Shown here in pieces: positions 38,657-46,862 of a DNA stretch of 64,000 bases. Numbering within the stretch: position 1 is the stretch's first letter; each line of letters begins with the position of its first letter. Location: positions 1,728,001 to 1,792,000 of the forward strand of contig OZ246001.1 of NCBI GenBank assembly GCA_965230295.1, written 5' to 3'. The DNA comes from Marinicella sp. (GTDB lineage Bacteria > Pseudomonadota > Gammaproteobacteria > Xanthomonadales > Marinicellaceae). Made by a program: the position numbers and the translations under genes. Below the pieces are notes generated by a model. The model was not told the DNA's origin, did not search any database, and worked only from the letters and a program-made list of their open reading frames with translations.

Positions 38657-39778
38657 TCAGTATGTTCGCCAACGATCAATGAATGATTCTCTGATGGCTT
38701 GGTTATCTAATTTTTCAGCTATCTGCATGATGAACTGATCTTGTGAGTGGCTTTGTTTTAAGGCATGGGTCAAAATAAAATCAGCCATAGGACCAATCAA
38801 GTCAGCCAAGTGGTCTCGCATGCCAGAGAAATCTTCATCATCGACCACCCAGTCAGTGGCAGACTGGGTGATGACTGTGCCCGTGGTAAAGAAACCTGAA
38901 GTTTCATCTTCTGTGGGTGCCGGGCTGGTCGTCTTTGCCGTCGTTTGTTTCAGGGTGTTCATCAAGGGCTTGAGTGCACTGACCACCTCTGGTACGGATG
39001 TAAACCGGTCTTTGTAACCCACACTCAATCCTTTGTGCATAAACTCGTGCAAGATCACAGGAATCAATGTTTTGCTGTTGAACTGGTTGTGCTTGGCCAT
39101 TTGATTGAGCTGTGGCAACACCGCCCCATCATAACTGTCGATGTCTTTGGCATGCCCCATCAGCTCATAAAACATGACGAACAAACTATAGACATCGGTA
39201 TAAGTGCCAACCTCATCTGAGCCAAACATTTGTTCAGGAGCCATGTATTTGGGGGTTCCAACGGCCACACCAATTTGAGTCATGTTTTGATTTTCATTGC
39301 TTTTGGCGATCCCAAAGTCTGTTAATTTCAATACTTTACCGCTCTCTAACAACACATTTTCAGGTTTGAGGTCGCGGTGAATGATGCCGTTTTGGTGTGC
39401 TACATGCAGTGCTTTGAGTAACTGCACAAACATCGACATAATTTTTAGCAATGGAATTGATCGCTGTTTTTTCAGCAGGGCTTTTAAGCTGGGGCCTTTG
39501 ATGTACTCCATCACCATATAAGCCATTTCATCCTGTTGACCGAAATCCAAGATGGTCACAATGTTGGGGTGATTGCACTTGGCCAATAGTTTAGCTTCTT
39601 GTACAAAACGAGCCACAAAATCTGCATCAGCAGATGTGGTTTTGGCTTCAGCGGCTATGGTTTTGATCGCCACTTTGCGGTCGATTTGCTCGTCATGACC
39701 CAAGTACACGATGCCCATCGCCCCTTGGCCCAACACCCCTTTGATGCGGTACTTGCTGATTTGTTGAGGCATCGACAT
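38657..39778 (-). CDS. Soluble Hanks-type Ser/Thr protein kinase with small C-terminal helical domain
   Basis: GQGAMG, VAIK, HRDLKPEN, DFG, GTPKYMAPE, DVYS; no TM segment. Confidence 0.93.
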   Translation of the reverse strand: MSMPQQISKYRIKGVLGQGAMGIVYLGHDEQIDRKVAIKTIAAEAKTTSADADFVARFVQEAKLLAKCNHPNIVTILDFGQQDEMAYMVMEYIKGPSLKALLKKQRSIPLLKIMSMFVQLLKALHVAHQNGIIHRDLKPENVLLESGKVLKLTDFGIAKSNENQNMTQIGVAVGTPKYMAPEQMFGSDEVGTYTDVYSLFVMFYELMGHAKDIDSYDGAVLPQLNQMAKHNQFNSKTLIPVILHEFMHKGLSVGYKDRFTSVPEVVSALKPLMNTLKQTTAKTTSPAPTEDETSGFFTTGTVITQSATDWVVDDEDFSGMRDHLADLIGPMADFILTHALKQSHSQDQFIMQIAEKLDNQAIRESFIDRWRTY

Positions 39779-39780
39779 GA

Positions 39781-40551
39781 TCAGCTCAACATGCTCATGG
39801 CCGCTTTGAGGCTGCGTTGTAAACGGTTGAAAGCTTGGCCAATTTGACTGATTTCGTCATGACCACGAACTTCGATTTCATCCACTTCTGCTTGTCCCTG
39901 GCTGATCAGCTCAGCCTGTTCAGCCATTCGCTTCAAAGGTTTGATGACCAGCACATGCATCATCAGATTCAACACCACCAACGCGACGACAATCAACAAC
40001 ACCAATAACAAAATGAATCTGTGAAATTCAGATTGAATAGCTGTTTGTTGTTCCGATAAATTGATGCGTACAATTTTTGCACCAGTGATTGATTGGTCAT
40101 TCATGATGGGTTTGGCAAAAGCGTAAAACGGCCCTTGAGCATCGGTCAATTGTGCAGTGATCACTGGCAGGTTAGGGTCGTTCTGAAACTGGTCAATGAT
40201 GTTTTGTTGCCAAACATTGGCTTGATACAAGGCAATGCCTGAGCCAATGATGGCCACTTTGTAACTGAATTTAGGTAAATGAAGTTGAGCATCAGCGAAA
40301 ACCTGGCTGGCGGCATAGGATCCGACCGATTGAGGCAAGAACCCAGCTTCCAGTTGTTGTAACAAAGGCAGTACTTCAAGTTGATTGTAATTTCGTATGG
40401 ATTCGGCCACTTGGTAAATCACATTGGCTTGTTGTTGTGTTTGCAGGTCTGCTTTTAACAACACTTGTTGTCGATGCAACAAAAACACCACAACCCAGCT
40501 GATTAACAATATGCTGAACAACACCAGATTAAATTTTAACCGCAATCCCAT
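39781..40551 (-). CDS. DUF3365 (Tll0287-like) sensor + HAMP membrane protein, lacking CxxCH
   Basis: MGLRLKFNLVL start; AESIRNY..EV.PLL, FLPQSV.SYAA, FSYK; HAMP VIKPLKRM...DEISQIGQAFNRLQRSL, then stop. Confidence 0.72.
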   Translation of the reverse strand: MGLRLKFNLVLFSILLISWVVVFLLHRQQVLLKADLQTQQQANVIYQVAESIRNYNQLEVLPLLQQLEAGFLPQSVGSYAASQVFADAQLHLPKFSYKVAIIGSGIALYQANVWQQNIIDQFQNDPNLPVITAQLTDAQGPFYAFAKPIMNDQSITGAKIVRINLSEQQTAIQSEFHRFILLLVLLIVVALVVLNLMMHVLVIKPLKRMAEQAELISQGQAEVDEIEVRGHDEISQIGQAFNRLQRSLKAAMSMLS

Positions 40552-40662
40552 AACTAATTTCTGCTTCAAGTTTTAAAGTAGAACCGGGTTTGCAAAAAAA
40601 ATCACAACGGCCTTGAAAAAAGTTGAGCGCTTTTCCTTACAATGGGTCGAGTATCGGTTGGG

Positions 40663-41091
40663 TTATTTTACTTTCCAATGCTTCTGCATTTCATAAAACA
40701 AGAACGAAGCGGACCAGGTGATCAACACCAAACCTGTTAATGACTCAATTCCAGTCAGAAAGCGAATGTCACCAATGGGTTCTATGTCACCAAAACCCAG
40801 TGTGGTGAAGGTGGAAAACGAAAAGTACACCGCATCTAAAAGCTCACCATTGTAGTTGCCTTGTAAGGTGCCCCACATGCCACTTTTGATTTTAAAGTGG
40901 TATGACAGGGCAAATATCCACACCTCGATGGAATGAGCCACCAAGGCGCCAAACACACCGATCACTATTTTAAAGCGTGGCCGGACTTGTAAAGTGTTGA
41001 TGCGCTTAGATAAGTGGAACAAAAACTCATAGTGAATCATCACGCACAATGAGACCACAAAAACATTGATAAGGGTGGCCCAGATGATCAT
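40663..41091 (-). CDS. Small potassium-channel-family protein (Ion_trans_2)
   Basis: YFSFSTFTTLGFGD filter motif; start ATG overlaps the HIT gene stop. Confidence 0.85.
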   Translation of the reverse strand: MIIWATLINVFVVSLCVMIHYEFLFHLSKRINTLQVRPRFKIVIGVFGALVAHSIEVWIFALSYHFKIKSGMWGTLQGNYNGELLDAVYFSFSTFTTLGFGDIEPIGDIRFLTGIESLTGLVLITWSASFLFYEMQKHWKVK

Positions 41092-41498
41092 GCTGAATCC
41101 CCTAACAGCGCAACCAAATTTTCTCGCCAATGACTTATTTCAGAGTCACTGTATCTGGTCTCTGGCAAAGGATTGCCCCAAACCACATCAGGCCACAAGG
41201 GGTCTTGGCGGTGACGACCAATGACATGAATGTGTAATTGTTGAACGACATTACCAATGGCAGCGAAATTAATTTTTTCAGAACCCATGTTGGCTTTAAG
41301 GTAGTTGCTCAATAAACGGCTGATGCGGGTGATGATCATTTGGTTTTCAACCGACAAGTCACAAAACTCAATCACGTCAGTTTCAGGAATGATGATGAGC
41401 CAAGGCATCGAAGCGTTGTTATTTAACCTGATGTGACAGCCTTGATGAACAAACAAGTCATGGCTGTCTGCTGATAGCCTGTGGTCGATTTCAAACAT
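41088..41498 (-). CDS. HIT family protein
   Basis: PWLIIIP, KINFAAIGNVVQQLHIHVIGR..DP.WP..VWG. Confidence 0.9.
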   Translation of the reverse strand: MFEIDHRLSADSHDLFVHQGCHIRLNNNASMPWLIIIPETDVIEFCDLSVENQMIITRISRLLSNYLKANMGSEKINFAAIGNVVQQLHIHVIGRHRQDPLWPDVVWGNPLPETRYSDSEISHWRENLVALLGDSA

Positions 41499-41633
41499 GC
41501 CTTGATTTTACCTATTGGGTCCAAAAAAAGGTAATAAAACATGGACTTGGGGCATTGTTTTATATTTTTTGATCGACAGCAGCAAATTATAGGTCGATCA
41601 TTTGAAGCCCATGACCGCCGGGGGTAAGATGAA

Positions 41634-42164
41634 ATGATCATGAAGAATGTGTATGTATTGATCACACTGTTACTGCTGGCGCAGCCTTTGAGTGCACAAT
41701 TTCCACCATTAGAAATCAATTTGGATCAAGTGGAAGCTTCGGTTAATGGCTTGGCAGAGGCCTCCCTTCGCGCCGGCACCAATTGGCAAAACATCACCGA
41801 AATCAGAGGCAGCATCATTTTTGATCCAATGGTTGTTGATGAACCGGTGTTGATCTTTTGGGGCCTCTCTAACCCGGGCGGCGCTTTGATTCAGGACCAA
41901 GGTGGAGGCGTGTTGACCTACCAGTGGGAATCGTTGATTTCCATTGGCCCCACATTGAACCCGGGAGATGTCGTATTCACTTTACAGTTTGAAGTAACTG
42001 GCGGTGTTGGCAGTGCCACACCATTGGATTTCAGCAGTACTCCTGAACCACTGTTTTGGGCCAATGGATTCGGATGGTCAGGGAACAACCACTCGATCAG
42101 CAATGGATCAGTCACGATCGTGGTCGGTGATGATTTGATTTTCAAATCGGACTTTGACCCATAA
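41634..42164 (+). CDS. Secreted single cohesin-like beta-sandwich protein with C-terminal DLIFKSDFD motif
   Basis: Signal peptide (PLSA/Q); I.FDP.V, GVLTYQW, VVFTLQFEVTG.VGSATPLDF, NGSVTI resemble type II cohesin-like domains. Confidence 0.6.
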   Translation: MIMKNVYVLITLLLLAQPLSAQFPPLEINLDQVEASVNGLAEASLRAGTNWQNITEIRGSIIFDPMVVDEPVLIFWGLSNPGGALIQDQGGGVLTYQWESLISIGPTLNPGDVVFTLQFEVTGGVGSATPLDFSSTPEPLFWANGFGWSGNNHSISNGSVTIVVGDDLIFKSDFDP

Positions 42165-42192
42165 AAAAGGGCTCTGAAAGAGCCCTCATTTT
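42163..42192. terminator. Bidirectional intrinsic terminator
   Basis: AAAAA-AGGGCTCT-GAA-AGAGCCCT-CATTTT between convergent genes. Confidence 0.8.
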
Positions 42193-42207
42193 GGAGTTGT
42201 TGTCTGT

Positions 42208-42954
42208 TTACAGGTTGAAGCTGAACCAGATGCCGAAATCACCGTCACCATGTCGCCAACCATCGTGGTATGGGTAGTAGGTGTAGTAGTCACGGTAGAA
42301 ATACTCATCGTGGTAATCCATACACCACATGCCTTCATGCCAGTGGCCATAACCATATCCAGGTCGATCAAAATAGTGGCCCAGGCCCCGCAATGGGCGA
42401 TAGCGGTAGTAATCATCATAATACACGTTGTAGTTATAAAAGTGGCGGTAATGGTTGCGCAAGTGCTTGCGGTACTTCTTCATGCGTTTTTTCCACTTTT
42501 TGTAGTGCTTTTTCGGCTTGTAATAATTGTGGCTTATGTACCCGTGGTTGTTGTAACCGTAATATCGGTTGTTGCGGTTATATCCATGGCTGTTGTAATG
42601 GCGGTTGCGGTTATCGAAATGCCGGTTGTTGCGGTAATCTCCATTGAAGCCATGGTGTCGGTGCTTGTTTGAATGGCGTTGACCGTAAGCGTGCCTGTTG
42701 TTGTAGCCATGCTTGTTTTGATAACCATTGTTGTGGCCGTGTTTATGTCTGCGGGTTTCTTGACGCGCACTGTGTGCACCCTTGACATGTTTTTGACCAC
42801 CGCCACGATAAGCGTGTTTGTTGTGGTTATGTGAGTATTGTTTGTTGTGATTTTGGCGGTGCTTATTGTGTCCACCGTCTCTGGATCGGTCAGCCAATGC
42901 AGATACACTGAAAACCAGAGCTGTTAATGTGAGGTATGTTTTAAAAGATTTCAT
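42208..42954 (-). CDS. Secreted His/Asn/Tyr/Gly/Arg-rich low-complexity protein
   Basis: SD AGGAG, ATG 42954, signal peptide MKSFKTYLTLTALVFSVSALA; repeated HGYNN/GYN units; aromatic-rich C-terminus. Confidence 0.8.
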   Translation of the reverse strand: MKSFKTYLTLTALVFSVSALADRSRDGGHNKHRQNHNKQYSHNHNKHAYRGGGQKHVKGAHSARQETRRHKHGHNNGYQNKHGYNNRHAYGQRHSNKHRHHGFNGDYRNNRHFDNRNRHYNSHGYNRNNRYYGYNNHGYISHNYYKPKKHYKKWKKRMKKYRKHLRNHYRHFYNYNVYYDDYYRYRPLRGLGHYFDRPGYGYGHWHEGMWCMDYHDEYFYRDYYTYYPYHDGWRHGDGDFGIWFSFNL

Positions 42955-43000
42955 AATTAAATCTCCTGTTGTTACTGTGAGTCCCAATTTACGGGTCTAG

Positions 43001-43046
43001 ACTGAATCAAAACTGAATGTTATGGAGCTGTTCAGATAGCGTTAAG
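43001..43046. promoter_or_regulatory. OmpR-type direct-repeat sites upstream of the His-rich gene
   Basis: ACTGAAT at 43001 and 43012 (11-bp period); oppositely oriented GTTCAG/GTTAAG at 43030 and 43041 (11-bp period). Confidence 0.45.
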
Positions 43047-43132
43047 ATATGGAAACCAGTGGAATGTCATATTTTGTGGTGAAATGGTTGTGCTGTTGCT
43101 ACAATCATTGCCTGATAAAATCTCGAATAGGC

Positions 43133-44614
43133 ATGAAATTTATTTTACTGATGGCCATATTTTTGGCCCCAAGCTCATGGGCAAACCCTGAACTACATAA
43201 CAAGAAACTGGACGAGTTACTGATCACCAATGCGATGGTCGTGGTGGGCGTGGGGACACCTGCTGAAGGCCCGTATGACATTCATATTAAGAATGGATTG
43301 ATCCACAAAATGACCAGGTCCAAAGAAGGTGCCAAGGTCAGAGAATTGGAGATTCAACACCTGGATGTCGAAGGTGCTTATGTATTGCCAGGTTTCATCA
43401 ACATGCATGCCCACAGCATGTATGAAAGATCTGAGATAGAAATGGCACAACCTTATCAGCATTATTTATGGCTGGCCAGTGGCATCACCACCATCAGGGA
43501 CTTGGGCAGTGATTTGGAAGAAACCCTAAAAAACAGAGAACAAAGTGCCAAGCATGAAATCATTGCGCCTCGGGTATTTGCTTATCCTGCCATTTGGGGC
43601 AACCACAGCGATGCAGATTTAAAAGAAAAAATAAAGGCATTCAAAAAACAAGGTGTTGATGGTTTGAAGTTTGGCATGATGGACAAACAAACATTCATGA
43701 CGGCATCTGAACTGGCCAATGATAACCGGTTGAAAGTGGCCAATCATGTCGGGGTGGAAGACATGTCTGCATGGGATAACATGGTGGCAGGTACCACCAG
43801 CATTGAACACTGGTATGGTGTTCCGGATGCCGCATTAAAAGGGGTGCAAAAGTTTCCGGCAGACATGAATTATTCGAATGAATTGCACCGTTTTCGTTAT
43901 GCCGGCCGGTTGTGGCGTGAAGCGGATGCAGAAAAGCTGGATGGCGTGCTCCAGGGTTTGGTGGATGCTGGGGTGGCCTGGGACCCAACTTTGGTTATTT
44001 ATGAGGCTTCCAGAGATTTACAACGGGCCATTTCTTCACCTTGGTTCAAAGATTATTTGCACCCTGGGTTGGAAATGTTTTTCCAACCCAGTGAGGATTC
44101 ACACGGTTCTTTTTTTTGGGGTTGGACATCAACCGATGAAACCTACTGGAAAAACAACTACCAGATTTGGTTTAAGGCCTTGCGCGATTTTGCCGATAAA
44201 GGTGGCATCATAACCACGGGAGAAGATGCCGGATTCATTTATCAATTGTTTGGTTTTGGATACCTTCGAGAATTACAGTTGCATCAGGAAGCAGGCTTCC
44301 ATCCACTGGAGGTGATCAAGCATGCCACAGTTAATTCAGCTCATGTGTTGGGGCAAGGGAAACAACTGGGTCAAGTGCGCATCGGATATACCGCTGATTT
44401 GGTGATTGTGAATGGCAACCCTTTGGCTGATTTGTCGGTGCTGTTGCCCAGAAACATCAAACCATTGACCGGCGATGAAAGTACCGGCGGCATTGTCTGG
44501 ACATTAAAAGATGGCATCCCTTACCATGCCCCAACCATGCTTAAAGCGGTCAGAGAAATGGTGCGAAAAGCCAGAAAGGACAACCCGATTAATTACTTGG
44601 TGGAGGCAGAATGA
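43133..44614 (+). CDS. Exported amidohydrolase-family metalloenzyme
   Basis: Signal peptide from ATG 43133; LPGFINMHAH, GITTIRD, SIEH, GEDAG, ADLVIVNGNP. Confidence 0.88.
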   Translation: MKFILLMAIFLAPSSWANPELHNKKLDELLITNAMVVVGVGTPAEGPYDIHIKNGLIHKMTRSKEGAKVRELEIQHLDVEGAYVLPGFINMHAHSMYERSEIEMAQPYQHYLWLASGITTIRDLGSDLEETLKNREQSAKHEIIAPRVFAYPAIWGNHSDADLKEKIKAFKKQGVDGLKFGMMDKQTFMTASELANDNRLKVANHVGVEDMSAWDNMVAGTTSIEHWYGVPDAALKGVQKFPADMNYSNELHRFRYAGRLWREADAEKLDGVLQGLVDAGVAWDPTLVIYEASRDLQRAISSPWFKDYLHPGLEMFFQPSEDSHGSFFWGWTSTDETYWKNNYQIWFKALRDFADKGGIITTGEDAGFIYQLFGFGYLRELQLHQEAGFHPLEVIKHATVNSAHVLGQGKQLGQVRIGYTADLVIVNGNPLADLSVLLPRNIKPLTGDESTGGIVWTLKDGIPYHAPTMLKAVREMVRKARKDNPINYLVEAE

Positions 44615-45030
44615 AATACCTTCACACCATGGTTCGGGTCAGTGACCTGTCGGCATCGTTGGAATTCTATGTGAACCAATTAGGCCTGGTTGAACACAGC
44701 CGAAGGGATGTAGAAGCCGGTCGCTTCACTCTGGTGTTTTTACATGCGCCAGGTGATGAGTCTGCCATGGTGGAGTTGACCCATAATTGGGATGAAAGCG
44801 GGTATACAGAAGGCCGAAACTTTGGACATTTGGCTTATTCGGTGGAGAACATTTATGAATTCTGTCAGCACTTGATGGATCAAGGCGTAATCATCAATCG
44901 ACCGCCTCGAGATGGCCGCATGGCATTTATACGCAGCCCTGATAACATTTCTATTGAGTTGTTGCAGCAAGGCGATGCCTTACCCGTTCAGGAACCTTGG
45001 CAGTCGATGGAAAATAAGGGCAGTTGGTGA
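44611..45030 (+). CDS. gloA: Lactoylglutathione lyase (glyoxalase I, VOC family)
   Basis: YLHTMVRV, GRFTLVFL, VELTHNWD, GRNFGHLAY, RSPDNISIELL. Confidence 0.88.
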   Translation: MKYLHTMVRVSDLSASLEFYVNQLGLVEHSRRDVEAGRFTLVFLHAPGDESAMVELTHNWDESGYTEGRNFGHLAYSVENIYEFCQHLMDQGVIINRPPRDGRMAFIRSPDNISIELLQQGDALPVQEPWQSMENKGSW

Positions 45031-45408
45031 TTAGCCCAGTAAATTTTGGTATAAGATCACACCCCAGACCAGTGCCACAATCAACAAGGCCATAAACACG
45101 GCTGCAGAACCCATGTCTTTGGCCCGTCCGGCCAGTTCGTGCCTTTCTTCACCACAAACCAGATCCACCACAGCTTCAATGGCTGAATTGATGATTTCCA
45201 CCAACATCACCAACAACCATGAGCCAACCAACATGATCAGTTGGGTGCCAGATGCTGCCAACCAAACGGCACAAGGCAACAAAACGATGCTCAAATAAAC
45301 TTCCATGCGGAAGGAAGCTTCTTCCTGGTAAGTGGCTTTCAGGCCTTTCAAGGTCCATTGAAAGGCCCGATAAATTTCTTTGGGTCCTCGAATGCCAGAA
45401 TCAGGCAT
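45031..45408 (-). CDS. dgkA: Diacylglycerol kinase
   Basis: [31 protein letters not shown]. Confidence 0.93.
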   Translation of the reverse strand: MPDSGIRGPKEIYRAFQWTLKGLKATYQEEASFRMEVYLSIVLLPCAVWLAASGTQLIMLVGSWLLVMLVEIINSAIEAVVDLVCGEERHELAGRAKDMGSAAVFMALLIVALVWGVILYQNLLG

Positions 45409-46852
45409 TGATTTTATACACCACGTTGGGTTCTTTCACTGCTTTGACTTCGTCCATGCGTCTTACAGGTGTGGTATAAGGTGCTTGTTTTAATGTGTCG
45501 ATGTCGTCACTGGCTTGAGCCAACACGTTGGCCATGGCTTCAACAAAAGCATCGATGGATTGTTTTGATTCAGTTTCTGTGGGTTCAATCAACAAACATT
45601 CAGCCACCAATAAGGGGAAATAAATGGTGGGTGCATGCATGTCTTGGTCCAACAATGCTTTGGCCAAGTCACTGGCGGTCAAGCCCAGGTCTTTGGCTTG
45701 TTTTTTCAGGGTAACAATAAACTCGTGACTGGCACGGCGGTTTTTAAACGCCAAATCAAAACCCACGGCCTCCAGACGTTTCATTAAATAGTTGGCGTTC
45801 AAAGTTGCAAATTCAGATATGCGTTGCATGCCCTCACGCCCATTGAGTAAGGCATAGACATAGGCACGTAAATTAACGCCAGCGTTGCCGGCAAAGGTTG
45901 ACAGCTGGCCAATGGTTTTCGGGGCTTCTTGTTCAGATACAAAATAATACTGACCGTCTTTTTTTCCCACGTAAGGAATCGGCATATAAGGCAGTAAACG
46001 CTCGCTAACGCCAATGGCACCAGATCCAGGACCTCCGCCACCATGTGGTGTAGAAAATGTTTTATGCAGGTTCATGTGGATCACATCAAAGCCCATGATG
46101 CCAGGGTTGGTTTTACCCAAAATGGCATTCAAATTGGCGCCATCGTAATACAGTAAACCGCCTGCAGCATGTACTTTATCGGCGATGACTTTGATTTTGC
46201 TTTCAAATACACCCAGTGTAGATGGGTTGGTCAACATGATGCCAGCTGTGTGTGGTCCCAGTGCGGCATCCAAGGCATCCATGTCAACATTACCATCTTC
46301 ATCTGTGCGAATTTCTTTGACTTTATAACCACACATGATGGCGGTGGCCGGGTTGGTCCCATGTGCCGCATCTGGTACGATGATTTCTCGCCGTTCAAAA
46401 TCTTGGCGGTCATCATGGTAAGCCTTGATCATGGCCACCCCGGAAAATTCACCTTGAGCACCTGCCATGGGTGTTAATGAAACACCTTTCATGTTGGTCA
46501 CAGCTTGTAAGATTTGTTGTAAGTGATACATACATGCCAGGTATCCTTGAGACAAACTGGCATGGGCCAATGGGTGGCGCGCCAGAAATTCATCTTTCAT
46601 GGCCAATGAATTACAGGCCCTGGGATTGTATTTCATGGTACAAGAACCCAAGGGGTAAAAGTTGGTATCGATGGAAAAGTTCTTCTGACTCAGTTGGGTG
46701 TAATGTCTGACCACATCTAATTCGCTGGCTTGTGGCATGCCTAAACGAGAACCTCTTTGGTATTGTTCTGGTATGAGGTGTGAGACATCAACTTCATTGG
46801 GAGATTGTGCGGTGGCAGTTCTGCCGGCTTTGGACTTTTCGAAAATCAACAT
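45401..46852 (-). CDS. gcvPB: Glycine dehydrogenase (decarboxylating) subunit 2
   Basis: [53 protein letters not shown]; 483 aa split-type subunit. Confidence 0.94.
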   Translation of the reverse strand: MLIFEKSKAGRTATAQSPNEVDVSHLIPEQYQRGSRLGMPQASELDVVRHYTQLSQKNFSIDTNFYPLGSCTMKYNPRACNSLAMKDEFLARHPLAHASLSQGYLACMYHLQQILQAVTNMKGVSLTPMAGAQGEFSGVAMIKAYHDDRQDFERREIIVPDAAHGTNPATAIMCGYKVKEIRTDEDGNVDMDALDAALGPHTAGIMLTNPSTLGVFESKIKVIADKVHAAGGLLYYDGANLNAILGKTNPGIMGFDVIHMNLHKTFSTPHGGGGPGSGAIGVSERLLPYMPIPYVGKKDGQYYFVSEQEAPKTIGQLSTFAGNAGVNLRAYVYALLNGREGMQRISEFATLNANYLMKRLEAVGFDLAFKNRRASHEFIVTLKKQAKDLGLTASDLAKALLDQDMHAPTIYFPLLVAECLLIEPTETESKQSIDAFVEAMANVLAQASDDIDTLKQAPYTTPVRRMDEVKAVKEPNVVYKINA

Positions 46853-46862
46853 GATTCAGCCT

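Noticed and set aside
42250-42908. Cys-rich, Val-rich and Thr-rich ORFs overlapping the His-rich gene, resembling metallothionein or RiPP precursors
   Set aside because: They are alternative-frame or antisense readings of the His/Asn/Tyr codon repeats; only the 42954 frame has an SD, signal peptide and terminator.
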